Below, piece by piece: positions 21,141 through 29,951 of a stretch of DNA of 62,516 nt (positions within the stretch are counted from its first letter, which is position 1; the number at the start of each line of letters is the position of its first letter). The stretch is from a virus (taxonomy: Duplodnaviria > Caudoviricetes): IMG/VR virus record IMGVR_UViG_3300019889_000015, positions 1 to 62,516 of that record. The stretch is one strand, 5' to 3'. The position numbers and the translations under genes were made by a program. The notes under the pieces were generated by a model. The model made no database searches. It worked only from the letters and a program-made list of their open reading frames with translations, and had not been told where the DNA came from.

Positions 21141-22639
21141 CGATCACCCGCTTCGATGGCGTCGCGCTCCCCGCCGGGTGGACAGCCGTCGCGCCGACCG
21201 GCTCCACGGTCACCGTCGCCAACGGGTACTGCGAGCTGGCGATCGCCGCGTCGCAGGACATGGACTCGCTCTCCAGCAGCGTTACCGCGCCGGAGGGGCC
21301 ATACATCTGGACGGCGGTCAGCGGCAATTTCGACTACGCGGTGTCGCTCGCCGAGGAGTCCATCAACCTCACCAACCAGGGCCTCGATCTACTCGGGCTG
21401 AACTCGGGCACGATGCAAGCGGTTCGTGTCGCCTGCTACTGCGCTGATCAGTCCGGGTCGTTCCGTGGCGACCGGAACTTCTTCGCCTTCCATCGCTGGG
21501 GCACCACCAATGTGTCCGGCACGCGGGCCAACGTCACCACCACCGACACTCTGGGCACGGTCCTGTACGGCGGTCCCGGCTGGCTCCGGCTGGCCTACGA
21601 CCAGCCCACCACGACGTACACGTACAAGGCCTCGATGGACGGCCGGACCTGGTTCCAGATCGCCCAGTGGACATCGCTGGCACCTGTCAACAGGTTCGCC
21701 ATCCACGCCACCGCCACCCCATCCGGCGCCGATGGCCGAGTCCAGCGAATCGCGCTCGTCGTCGACATGACCGGTCGTGGCGACGATGCCACCGAAGCGG
21801 CTCCGCCGGTCGGCAGGTCGACCGTCGAGTCGACCGACTTCGCCGCAGGCACGCTCCCGGCGTGGCTGACGACGGAGGTCGCCAACGGCGGTGCCGTAAG
21901 CACCGACGTCACCGGAGTCACGATCTCGCTGGATCGAAGCCAGGTGGGCAGCAAGGCATGGCTGCTCGGCCCCGACACCCTCAGCCCCGACCACGGCATC
22001 TTGATCAAGTATCAGGTGGCCGAGAACGGTTACACGAACGCTTTCTGGGTGCCGACCATCCGAGCCGAGGCCACTACGGACATTGCGGGCGCCCGGACAC
22101 CGGACGACAAGTTCGGCGCCGGGACCTCGATGCTGTTCGAGCTGGCTGCCCGCGACGATGACGTGGCCGGGCAGATCATCCGGCTGCTGCGCCGGTCACC
22201 CATCGCCGAGACCGAGACGCAGACCGGCACCCGCGAGTTCGACGGCTACACGATGCTGATCGAGAACCTGGCCGGAGAGGTCACCACAGTCGGAAAGCCC
22301 GTCACCTGGATGCGCCTGGAAGCCATCGGCGACGTGGTGCGCGGGCGGCTCTGGTACGACGGCAGCCCCGAGCCGTCGTCGTGGCAGTACCAGGTGTCCG
22401 ACGACATGCGGCGGGGCACGCAGGCAGCCTTCACCATCGCCCACAACGACACCGTGACCGGCAGCGGCAGCGCCTCTATGAAGTTGTCCTACATCGAGAT
22501 CTACGAACTCGCCGAGGTCACCGATTCCGAGCCGGTCAACGTCTTCGCCCTCGACGAGGTAGCGGTCGAGGAGCCGGTCGACATGCTCGTCCTCGTCGAC
22601 GGCATCGAGCGTCCGCTGAACGTCTCCGTGGCCACCTGA
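21137..22639 (+). CDS. beta-rich, lectin-like minor structural protein
   Basis: GTGA overlap; WLRL...SMDGRTW and W.DG.PEP..W beta-sandwich patterns. Confidence 0.6.
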   Translation: MTITRFDGVALPAGWTAVAPTGSTVTVANGYCELAIAASQDMDSLSSSVTAPEGPYIWTAVSGNFDYAVSLAEESINLTNQGLDLLGLNSGTMQAVRVACYCADQSGSFRGDRNFFAFHRWGTTNVSGTRANVTTTDTLGTVLYGGPGWLRLAYDQPTTTYTYKASMDGRTWFQIAQWTSLAPVNRFAIHATATPSGADGRVQRIALVVDMTGRGDDATEAAPPVGRSTVESTDFAAGTLPAWLTTEVANGGAVSTDVTGVTISLDRSQVGSKAWLLGPDTLSPDHGILIKYQVAENGYTNAFWVPTIRAEATTDIAGARTPDDKFGAGTSMLFELAARDDDVAGQIIRLLRRSPIAETETQTGTREFDGYTMLIENLAGEVTTVGKPVTWMRLEAIGDVVRGRLWYDGSPEPSSWQYQVSDDMRRGTQAAFTIAHNDTVTGSGSASMKLSYIEIYELAEVTDSEPVNVFALDEVAVEEPVDMLVLVDGIERPLNVSVAT

Positions 22640-22705
22640 GCCTCCTCCTTCTCCGCCCCACCGGCTGGTGGGCGGTGTTCCGCGCGCTCACCGTAAGGAG
22701 CCAGC

Positions 22706-23035
22706 ATGGCCTTCCTCGAAGACGTCATCGACAAGATCACTCCCGACATCGTGTCCATCGGGCTGGCCGATGGACCGACCGCAGGCGACGAGATCACTGG
22801 CGGCAGCTACGCCGCGCTGGCCCCGACCTACGGCGCCGCCGCAGCCGGTGAAGCTGACATCACCGCGACGCTGGAGTTCAGCGGCCCGGCCAATGGTGGA
22901 CCGGTCACTCACCTCATCTGGCGCAAGGCGTCGGGCGTGTGGGTGATCCGGCCCGCCACAGCTCCGGTGAGCTTCAACAGCGACGGTCGCCTGGACCTGA
23001 CGTCCGCGCCCGTCACGGCGGCGTTCCCGGCCTGA
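22706..23035 (+). CDS. small fibre-associated structural protein
   Basis: AAGGAG RBS; EITGGSYA and F..P...VTH motifs. Confidence 0.65.
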   Translation: MAFLEDVIDKITPDIVSIGLADGPTAGDEITGGSYAALAPTYGAAAAGEADITATLEFSGPANGGPVTHLIWRKASGVWVIRPATAPVSFNSDGRLDLTSAPVTAAFPA

Positions 23036-23037
23036 CC

Positions 23038-24189
23038 GTGGCACTGGAGACGTATAACGGGCGAACCGGGGCTGGGCTCGGCCCTGACCAAGCCTGGACG
23101 ACGGCCCAGGCCGGATACGTCACCGGCAGCAACACGGCTGGAATCAACACTGCCAGCGTCGAGGCCGTCGAGCGGATGGAGGTCGATCTCGGTTCGGACG
23201 ACATGTCCGTCGAGATCGTCTTCGCCGATACTCCGTCGGCTGGTTACGGCGACGTTGGTATCTGCATGCGCCAGGCGGCGTCGTCCGTGGTCTCCCCGGC
23301 TCGGTACTGCGTCAAGCGCGGCTCGACCGGCGGGTTCCTCACCGGCTTCTACCAGATCCGGCGATACAACGGTGGCGGCATCAGCGATTTCGTCTACCTC
23401 GTCAACACCACCGCACTAGTGTTCAGCGGCGCGACCGAGGTCTTCCGGGTCGAGGTCGAGGGATCGACCATCAGGGTTTACCAGAACAGCTCGCTGATCA
23501 ACACCATCGTCGACAGCGCTCCTGCGGCGATCACCACTGGTCACTACGCCGGGATCGACGGCTTCCGCTCCAACCTGAACGCGAGCACCACCGTCCGCGT
23601 CGACACGTTCGAGGCCGAACTGATCGGTGGTGGCCCGGCACCGGTCGACGAGATCACCGGCTCGCTGGCCCTGGAGATCGACCTGTCGGGCGCCCTCGAT
23701 GCCCCCACGGCCATCGTGCCGGGCCTGGTCGGAGCGCTGGGGCTTCTCGTAGACCTCGGCGGCATCCTGGACGCCCCGATCGCCTCCGTGCCCTCCGTGA
23801 CGGCAAATCTGCCTCTGAACGTCGACCTCGGAGGCAGTCTCGACCCGCCGACCGCTTCAGTGCCGTCACTGACGGGCGATCTCGCCTTCGAGGTCGACCT
23901 GACCGGCGACGTGTCCGGCCCCGGCGTGACCGTGCCCTCAGTGGCTGGCGCCCTGTCGCTGACGTTGACTCTGGCGGGCGCCCTCGTCGCCCCCACGGCG
24001 ACGGTCGGCGAGCTGTCCGGCGCACTGGCCCTGATCGTCGACCTCGACGGCTTCCTGACCGACCTGGGCGTGATCAGCGCGCCCAACCGGTACATCGTCC
24101 AGCCGGAGACCCGCGCCCTGATCGTGCAACCGGAGAGCCGCGCCGTGAACGTCCCGCCCGAGAGTCATCGCCAGGAGGCCACGTCGTGA
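23038..24189 (+). CDS. fibre-like protein with beta-sandwich domain and C-terminal repeats
   Basis: About five imperfect VDL.G.L..P.A.VP repeats. Confidence 0.6.
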   Translation: MALETYNGRTGAGLGPDQAWTTAQAGYVTGSNTAGINTASVEAVERMEVDLGSDDMSVEIVFADTPSAGYGDVGICMRQAASSVVSPARYCVKRGSTGGFLTGFYQIRRYNGGGISDFVYLVNTTALVFSGATEVFRVEVEGSTIRVYQNSSLINTIVDSAPAAITTGHYAGIDGFRSNLNASTTVRVDTFEAELIGGGPAPVDEITGSLALEIDLSGALDAPTAIVPGLVGALGLLVDLGGILDAPIASVPSVTANLPLNVDLGGSLDPPTASVPSLTGDLAFEVDLTGDVSGPGVTVPSVAGALSLTLTLAGALVAPTATVGELSGALALIVDLDGFLTDLGVISAPNRYIVQPETRALIVQPESRAVNVPPESHRQEATS

Positions 24190-24482
24190 GCACATACGTC
24201 CATGACAGCGATGCCGTCCTGCCGTACGAGTGGGACTGGTCCGAGTGGCTGGCCAACGAAGGCGCCGACACGCTCACGATGGTGGGCGTCACCGTCGTCG
24301 GCAGTCCGGCCGACATCCTCACCATCGGCGCACCGACTCAGCCGGAGCCCGGCGTTGTCCGGGCCATGATCGGCCCGGCGGTCGACGACGAGTGTCGCGA
24401 CGCTCAGATCACCTGCCACATCGAGACGGCCGGTGGTCGCAAGGACGACCGGACGATCGCGATCAAGATCCGTAACAGATGA
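24186..24482 (+). CDS. fibre-tail adaptor-like protein
   Basis: D.DAVL.Y.WDWS.WL...TC.I.T.GGR.DDRTI motif. Confidence 0.7.
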   Translation: MSTYVHDSDAVLPYEWDWSEWLANEGADTLTMVGVTVVGSPADILTIGAPTQPEPGVVRAMIGPAVDDECRDAQITCHIETAGGRKDDRTIAIKIRNR

Positions 24483-24497
24483 GTGTTTCCGTTCGTG

Positions 24498-24527
24498 TTG
24501 CAGTGTCCGATAACCGGCACCTACATT
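24498..24527 (+). promoter_or_regulatory. sigma70-type promoter candidate
   Basis: TTGCAG-N18-TACATT. Confidence 0.5.
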
Positions 24528-24533
24528 CGGAAT

Positions 24534-24769
24534 AGTTCGCCCCCGGACTCCAGCCAGCCCGCCCTAGGGGACGGACACCAGGGAAGCCGGGCGAGCGTCA
24601 AACCCGACATGGCCCCCCGTGTGCAGGGAACGGCGCTCGCCCGGTCACACTCGTGTATGGTTCTGTCTCGACATCTCTTTGCGTCTTGGCTCGTCCTCGC
24701 GCTCGGTTGGGGGATGTCAGAACGGCCCTTCCCGGTATCATTCGATACCAACGGGAAGGGCCGTTTTCT
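24534..24769 (+). ncRNA. candidate structured small RNA
   Basis: Promoter upstream, stems with + strand G-U pairs (24587-24599/24632-24644; 24670-24678/24710-24718), terminator at the end, no convincing ORF. Confidence 0.45.
24721..24769 (+). terminator. intrinsic terminator
   Basis: aacggcccttcccg / cgggaagggccgtt followed by ttct. Confidence 0.7.
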
Positions 24770-24794
24770 GCGTTTATGACCTAGATTGAATTGG

Positions 24795-24841
24795 CCCGGC
24801 CCCAATGACGTCGGGGTGCGCACGACGTCGCTGGGGCCGGG
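24795..24841. terminator. long hairpin, probable end of the leftward unit
   Basis: cccggcccca.tgacgtcg / cgacgtcg.tggggccggg. Confidence 0.45.
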
Positions 24842-24965
24842 TGTCTCATCTTGCGATAGTCCCGAGTACGACCGTTGCCAACATCAGAGCGAATAGGGCG
24901 TAGGTGCTGAAGATCGCATCCCGTCGCTCACTGCGAGTCGGTCTGGGCATCGCTTGCCTCCAGGG

Positions 24966-25322
24966 CTAGACCGACAGGGACTCCATGCGTCGACGCTGAA
25001 TCACGTTGGGCAGTTTGAAGTCCCCATGGGTGCAGCCCCGGAGGAACATCGTCCACTCGTCGGCGTCATAACGAAGATCACCGATCCGGTACCCGTCCGC
25101 CTCCGGGAGGATGTCGTGTGCGGAGTTGCAGAACTGGCGGAACTCCCGCAGAGTGAACCGCTCGACCGGCGAGGCGTCACCGAGCTTGGAGTCAAGCAAC
25201 TCGACAACATCCTGGCGGCGCCGTAGCAGGCCCACGCGCTTGGGCACGTATCGCACGACCACACATTGTGGCTTGTCGGCTGCGCAGAACGACGAGATGG
25301 TCTTCCTGTTGGGCTGAAGCAC
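24966..25322 (-). CDS. DUF397-like protein
   Basis: SSFC....CVVV...V.LLDSK...FT..EF..F, plus a second Y...EW..FL.G...G.F tail; GAGGGG RBS. Confidence 0.6.
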   Translation of the reverse strand: MLQPNRKTISSFCAADKPQCVVVRYVPKRVGLLRRRQDVVELLDSKLGDASPVERFTLREFRQFCNSAHDILPEADGYRIGDLRYDADEWTMFLRGCTHGDFKLPNVIQRRRMESLSV

Positions 25323-25489
25323 TGTTCCATTCCCCTCTAGTTAGTGCCTGGATGGGTAGCGGAGGCGGTGCTGTCGAGTCTCCGATCCCCCTGACGATTG
25401 CTCGCCAGATCGGGGACTCTGGGGTGGCAGCACCGCCGCCACGTACCGATGAACCTACAGCCGACCATGACACCTGTCTAGCAACTCGA

Positions 25490-25855
25490 TCATGTTTTGT
25501 GCGTGTTGGGGTATCCTCCCCCAGATCCTCCCGGCGGATGAAAGAGGAGCGACTGGCCTGGGAAGATGCAATCCACGTCGATATGCAGGATGCCCCGCTC
25601 GATCGGAATTCGTTCGCCATCCTCGTCGACGGCCAGGAACTTGTCCCGATGCGACGTCTCGACCAGCAGAAACGGCTGAACGGTGCCGTCCTCGAATCGA
25701 ACGGTCCCGCGCGTCGGCCGATCGGGTAGTCCTTGCTTGCGTGCTCGTCGGCGAACCCTGCGGGTAGAGAGCCACGGATGGATGATCTTCAGCCACCAGT
25801 AGGTGTAAACCATCCCGCTGAACATCCCCAGGACCCAGGAAAGATTGCTGCTCAT
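25490..25855 (-). CDS. hypothetical membrane protein
   Basis: N-terminal hydrophobic helix; ATGA overlap. Confidence 0.55.
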   Translation of the reverse strand: MSSNLSWVLGMFSGMVYTYWWLKIIHPWLSTRRVRRRARKQGLPDRPTRGTVRFEDGTVQPFLLVETSHRDKFLAVDEDGERIPIERGILHIDVDCIFPGQSLLFHPPGGSGGGYPNTHKT

Positions 25856-26361
25856 GACGCCATGATCTCCTGCCGTTGCGACTTCTCGCGGGCGAATTCC
25901 TTGGGGTGGCGCTTCGCCTTGTGCATGCCGAGCGCCTGTGGCCCCAGCGGTTGGTCGGGGCAGTACGGACACTGCGACCGTTCCGTTGATCTCGTGGCGC
26001 GCGAGGACGCGTGATAGGTCTGCCCGGCAGGAGAGTCCCAGAAATCCGGGTGGACGTCCCGAATGTGGCCCCGGTTCGTCGACACCTGCTTGTACTTGTT
26101 GGGGCACACTGGGCAGTCCAGCATGTTCGGCTTGCCGCCCGTCGAGGTCGGCGCCGCGATGAGCATCGACGACTTGACCCCCGCCTTCCTCAACGCAGCC
26201 ATGAACGGCTCGTACCACCCCGAGTCGCACTGCTTGCAGAGGTCCGTGACGATCTCGATACCACCGATCGTGTCGGTCCTGATCTCGGTGCCCTCGACCT
26301 CCTCGTCGAACTCGACCAGATGCCGTCCGCAGAGGATCTCGAACTTGACGCGGCGCACCAT
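25852..26361 (-). CDS. Lsr2-like N-terminal domain fused to two C2H2 zinc fingers
   Basis: CPVC-x12-HIRDVH and CPYC-x12-HKAKRH; N-terminus resembles the Lsr2 dimerisation domain; AAGGAG RBS. Confidence 0.6.
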   Translation of the reverse strand: MVRRVKFEILCGRHLVEFDEEVEGTEIRTDTIGGIEIVTDLCKQCDSGWYEPFMAALRKAGVKSSMLIAAPTSTGGKPNMLDCPVCPNKYKQVSTNRGHIRDVHPDFWDSPAGQTYHASSRATRSTERSQCPYCPDQPLGPQALGMHKAKRHPKEFAREKSQRQEIMAS

Positions 26362-26777
26362 CACGGCTCCTTGTGGGTCTTGGCGTACTTGCGATCTGCG
26401 GCCTCGATCTGCTTCTCGGTCAGCCCGAACTCCTCGCGGAGCTTCCTGCCGAACAGCACGCCCTTGCCGCGACCACTGATCCGCCCATGACCTACGAGCA
26501 GGTAGTCCGGTGCCTCCGAGTAGTCCAACTCTGTGCGCTCGACCTCGAACGTGGAGCGGTTGTGTTCGCGGTAGCGGATGACGCCACAGGCGCACTGCTT
26601 GCGCACAACGATTGCGCGAAGCTCGGGGTTGTATCCACCCGTGAGCGGCTTGTCATAGCGGTGTCGATCGACGCGGCATTCCAGTTGCTGCTCGTCGATC
26701 TTCTTGGCGAAATCCTCGACGACGCTTAGCGGCGCGACGTACGGGTCGATTGGCTCGGGTTGGGTCTGAACCTTCAC
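26361..26777 (-). CDS. hypothetical Cys/His protein
   Basis: CR..RH...CACG motif; AGGAG RBS before GTG. Confidence 0.6.
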   Translation of the reverse strand: MKVQTQPEPIDPYVAPLSVVEDFAKKIDEQQLECRVDRHRYDKPLTGGYNPELRAIVVRKQCACGVIRYREHNRSTFEVERTELDYSEAPDYLLVGHGRISGRGKGVLFGRKLREEFGLTEKQIEAADRKYAKTHKEP

Positions 26778-27055
26778 GCTGTCGTACTCCTCTCGATAAG
26801 GACTAATCCGTGTTCTGCGAGCTGGTTGATGACCATCTGCATGCTGCCAGGTGGCCAGTCGAAATCTCTGTCTAGCTCCTTCATGGTCGCCTCGTCGAGG
26901 CTCCTCGCCGAGAGCATGTCCACAATGTGTGGCGTCGCCGCCCTGATGAGAACGTCCGCCTGCCACGAGACCATCTGTCGGTACCCTGCGGCGGTCGCGT
27001 CTTCCAGCGCGTCGCACGCTTTCTGGAACGCGATCCGCTCCGCATCAGATGTCAT
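26774..27055 (-). CDS. hypothetical protein
   Basis: Overlapping junctions with both neighbours. Confidence 0.5.
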   Translation of the reverse strand: MTSDAERIAFQKACDALEDATAAGYRQMVSWQADVLIRAATPHIVDMLSARSLDEATMKELDRDFDWPPGSMQMVINQLAEHGLVLIERSTTA

Positions 27056-27188
27056 GGTCACGCTCGCGGTGCTCATCCCACAGCCTCGTCACATCTTCGG
27101 CTGCTTCCGTGTTTCCCGATGCGTCTGCGTCATCACGGTGGGATTGGAAGTCCTCGCACTCATCGCAGTAGATCTCTTCGTACGCCAT
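27045..27188 (-). CDS. small acidic CxxC protein (47 aa)
   Basis: Hand translation MAYEEIYCDECEDF...; below the ORF-track cutoff. Confidence 0.45.
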   Translation of the reverse strand: MAYEEIYCDECEDFQSHRDDADASGNTEAAEDVTRLWDEHRERDHDI

Positions 27189-27719
27189 TCGATATCCCCA
27201 CCCCAAGGACTAATTGTCGGTTCTGTTCTTTTTGTCCATTCGTGCCCTGACACGCAATATCTGGGTGTGCTGAGCGCGAACTATTCGGCGCCACCACGTG
27301 ACTCTACGTCGGGTCGCGTGACGGCCTCTGCGAAGTTGTTGGCGACTCACCGAAACTCCCTGTTATTGTTCGCCCACGGGCTGGTCAACCCTCCGGGGAG
27401 GGTCCTGGCCCCAGACAGCCCTCCGGCTTCCGCCCTGCACGGCCGGAGGGCTGTCGTTCGTCCCGAACGATAACGGAGCGCGACACGCCGTGTACGCAAA
27501 GTTGCGCACTCCGTGATACGCAACCTTCGGCAATCCGCAAACGTGGAGCTACATGTGTCGCCTAGCGTCCGAGCGTGAATGATCGACATCGTTTTCATGT
27601 CCCGTGGCCATGGTGGTTCTGCTGCGGCTTCAGATCGCTATGGTGCATCCTCGACGTGATGACCTGCTGCAAGATCGGTGCGATCTGTCACGCCCACGAC
27701 CGAGCGATCACGAGGCCCT

Positions 27720-27911
27720 ATGAGTGACGAGAAGATTCACTACACCCGGATAGAGGTCGGCGCCGGGAACGATGGCCCGGACGGCCATACAAACGTCGAA
27801 GTTCGTATCGAGATCACGTGGCGCAATGGAATGACGGCGGGTCAGGTCATGCAAGGTGTCGAAATCGCCCGCCACGAGGTCAAGAAGCGCGTGGCCGAGG
27901 AGCTGCTGTGA
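27720..27911 (+). CDS. hypothetical protein
   Basis: GAGG RBS; first gene of a rightward cluster. Confidence 0.5.
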   Translation: MSDEKIHYTRIEVGAGNDGPDGHTNVEVRIEITWRNGMTAGQVMQGVEIARHEVKKRVAEELL

Positions 27912-27952
27912 CTCTGACTGGACCCTACGATCTGACCCCTGGGAGGGCGACG

Positions 27953-28303
27953 ATGACGGATAAGAGCGACTGGTCCGACGATCCCGACGCGAAGAAGTGG
28001 CTCGACCACGCACAGAAGACGTTGCCGCCGATGATGCGCGACTCGGCGATCTGTATGTCCCTAACGCCAGCCAATGGAGTGCCGGACGCCAAGTACGCCG
28101 TCGAGCTGGGCATGATGATCATGATGGACAAGCCGATCATCGTGCTCGTTCAGCCCGGCACCAAGGTGCCCGAGAAGCTCATGCGCGTCGCCGATGGTGT
28201 CGTCGAGGTTGACCTTGCCAAGAAGCCCGAGGAGAGCCAGCAACGCATTAACGCGGCGATCGACGACATCATGAGGCGGCTCGGGCTCCACGAGGAGCTG
28301 TGA
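27953..28303 (+). CDS. hypothetical protein, possible nucleoside deoxyribosyltransferase-like fold
   Basis: AVELGM.IMMDKPIIV motif; GGGAGG RBS. Confidence 0.55.
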   Translation: MTDKSDWSDDPDAKKWLDHAQKTLPPMMRDSAICMSLTPANGVPDAKYAVELGMMIMMDKPIIVLVQPGTKVPEKLMRVADGVVEVDLAKKPEESQQRINAAIDDIMRRLGLHEEL

Positions 28304-28367
28304 GTAAGAACCTGATCAAGGCCGGGCTCGTGATCGGCTTCCTGGTCTACCTGGTCGCGAGGCCGCG

Positions 28368-28595
28368 ATGAACCCGATCAATCACGGCACGAACGCCGGG
28401 TATCACCAGCATCGGCGGTACGGGGTGCCAACGTGCGCCGAGTGCAAGGCCGCCAGCAACGAGTACGACAAGCTCTATGGGCGGGCGAGTTCACGTGCGT
28501 TACGGCGGCTGCGGGACCTCCACCCCGACGAGTACAAGCGCGCGTTCTTCGAGGAGTTGACCATCGCGCGCGAGGAACTGGGGAGGCAGCTTTGA
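28368..28595 (+). CDS. small His/Cys protein
   Basis: HGT..GY..HRR....C..C motif. Confidence 0.6.
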   Translation: MNPINHGTNAGYHQHRRYGVPTCAECKAASNEYDKLYGRASSRALRRLRDLHPDEYKRAFFEELTIAREELGRQL

Positions 28596-28819
28596 CCGTC
28601 CGGCTGATCTACGAGATCGGGGTCGACCCCGGTGACAATGCCGAGATGGCCGAGGCGCTCAAGGTGATCAAGGCGGCCTCGAATCTCACCCCCGAGAAGC
28701 ACGAGCTGTTCGCTAAGTTGCTACTCATGGCAGCTCGCGAGGAGTGGCGAGAAGCTGACCGAATGCGGCATCTCTGGGCTGTCCGACAAAGACAAGAAGC
28801 GAGGAAGAAGGGCAAGTGA
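28592..28819 (+). CDS. hypothetical protein
   Basis: TTG start overlapping the upstream stop; GGAGG RBS. Confidence 0.5.
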   Translation: MTVRLIYEIGVDPGDNAEMAEALKVIKAASNLTPEKHELFAKLLLMAAREEWREADRMRHLWAVRQRQEARKKGK

Positions 28820-29058
28820 CCGATACAGCACGCGTCATCATCGAGGTTCTGGCCGGGCTGAAACCTGGCAAGCCGGAAGATGAGTTCACCCAGCGAATCG
28901 TGATCACGTCCGCCGAGTGGGAGGCTGCCAGCCACAACAAGGATGGCCAGAGGCAATTACTAGCAGCGCGCAACACCCAGGCGAGCCTGTACGCCTCTGG
29001 CCTGATGATGCGGCCGGACCGGCTCAACTGGGTGAAGCTCGAATGGATCCGGCTATGA
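28816..29058 (+). CDS. hypothetical protein, paralogue of 55170-55508
   Basis: Shared ARxIIEVxAG...QRQLL...PDRxNWV..WI. Confidence 0.65.
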   Translation: MTDTARVIIEVLAGLKPGKPEDEFTQRIVITSAEWEAASHNKDGQRQLLAARNTQASLYASGLMMRPDRLNWVKLEWIRL

Positions 29059-29321
29059 CCACGGCCTGGATACCGAAGTGGACACTGCCGCCAGCCGACC
29101 ACCTGCGCGAGTTCGTGGAGCGGTGGGCGGTTCACCCCACGGAGGCGATGGCGTGCGCATCGCTGGCCAAGATCCCCGCCGAGCGGTGGCAGGAACTGCT
29201 CGACGGCACCGGCAAGCCGATGACCCTCCTGGAGGCGTCCGACGTCGGGATGATGCTGGGACCGAACATCGCCTTCTGGCAGAACCTCGTCAAGCAGTAC
29301 AACGACCGGGACGCGGGATGA
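29055..29321 (+). CDS. HigA/VapI-like HTH antitoxin homologue
   Basis: PP.DHLRE...ELLDG...MT..EA......G....FWQNL..QY pattern. Confidence 0.55.
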   Translation: MTTAWIPKWTLPPADHLREFVERWAVHPTEAMACASLAKIPAERWQELLDGTGKPMTLLEASDVGMMLGPNIAFWQNLVKQYNDRDAG

Positions 29322-29509
29322 GCTTGATCATTTGCGACGCGGACTACCCAAGTGTGGAGAACGGCCGCTACCACATCGGCTACATCGAACTGACCAACGG
29401 CTACCGGCACGCCTTCTACGACGAGCGGGTGCGCCATGTCCGCTACTCGCGGAAGCCGGACCACCCCGCCGACCCGCGCTGCCCCGAGTGCAACCGGGAC
29501 GCGGGATGA
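29318..29509 (+). CDS. small Cys/His protein
   Basis: ATGA overlaps at both ends; flanked by a 21-bp direct repeat. Confidence 0.55.
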   Translation: MSLIICDADYPSVENGRYHIGYIELTNGYRHAFYDERVRHVRYSRKPDHPADPRCPECNRDAG

Positions 29510-29733
29510 GCTTCACCTGCCCGGAGTGTGGCCGGTCGAGCCACCATCCCAAGGACGAGGAGTTCGGCTACTGCGGGGCCTGCCACGACTTCACCGGCCG
29601 ACTCATCGAGGAGGTCAACTTGCCGGACGACGCCTTCTGCAAGGAGTGCGGACAGCCGTGGGTCGTCCACACGATCATGATCACCAACGACCGGGCGTGC
29701 CCGGATCTGAGTTGGGCCGGGCCGGAACGATGA
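29506..29733 (+). CDS. zinc-ribbon protein
   Basis: FTCPECGR.S.HP.D...GYCGACH motif. Confidence 0.65.
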   Translation: MSFTCPECGRSSHHPKDEEFGYCGACHDFTGRLIEEVNLPDDAFCKECGQPWVVHTIMITNDRACPDLSWAGPER

Positions 29734-29951
29734 AGGAGTTCGAGCCGCTGCACGGTCGCCCAATGGCCATCAAGCGCGGCCTGGATGAGGTCTGGGGCGT
29801 CGTCGAGGCGATCGAATGGAACGAAGACCAGCTCATCGTCAAGCTGGGGCCGAGTACCGGCGAGATGGGCCTGTCCATCACCATCACCCTGACCCCGGAC
29901 GAGATCGAGCTGCTGCGCCGGGCGCTGGCCGACATCAGTGGAGGATCGTGA
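29730..29951 (+). CDS. hypothetical protein
   Basis: Overlapping junctions. Confidence 0.5.
   Translation: MKEFEPLHGRPMAIKRGLDEVWGVVEAIEWNEDQLIVKLGPSTGEMGLSITITLTPDEIELLRRALADISGGS

Noticed and set aside
24483-24779. 98-aa ORF after the fibre module
   Set aside because: It runs through a promoter-like site and a terminator, and has no RBS or motif.
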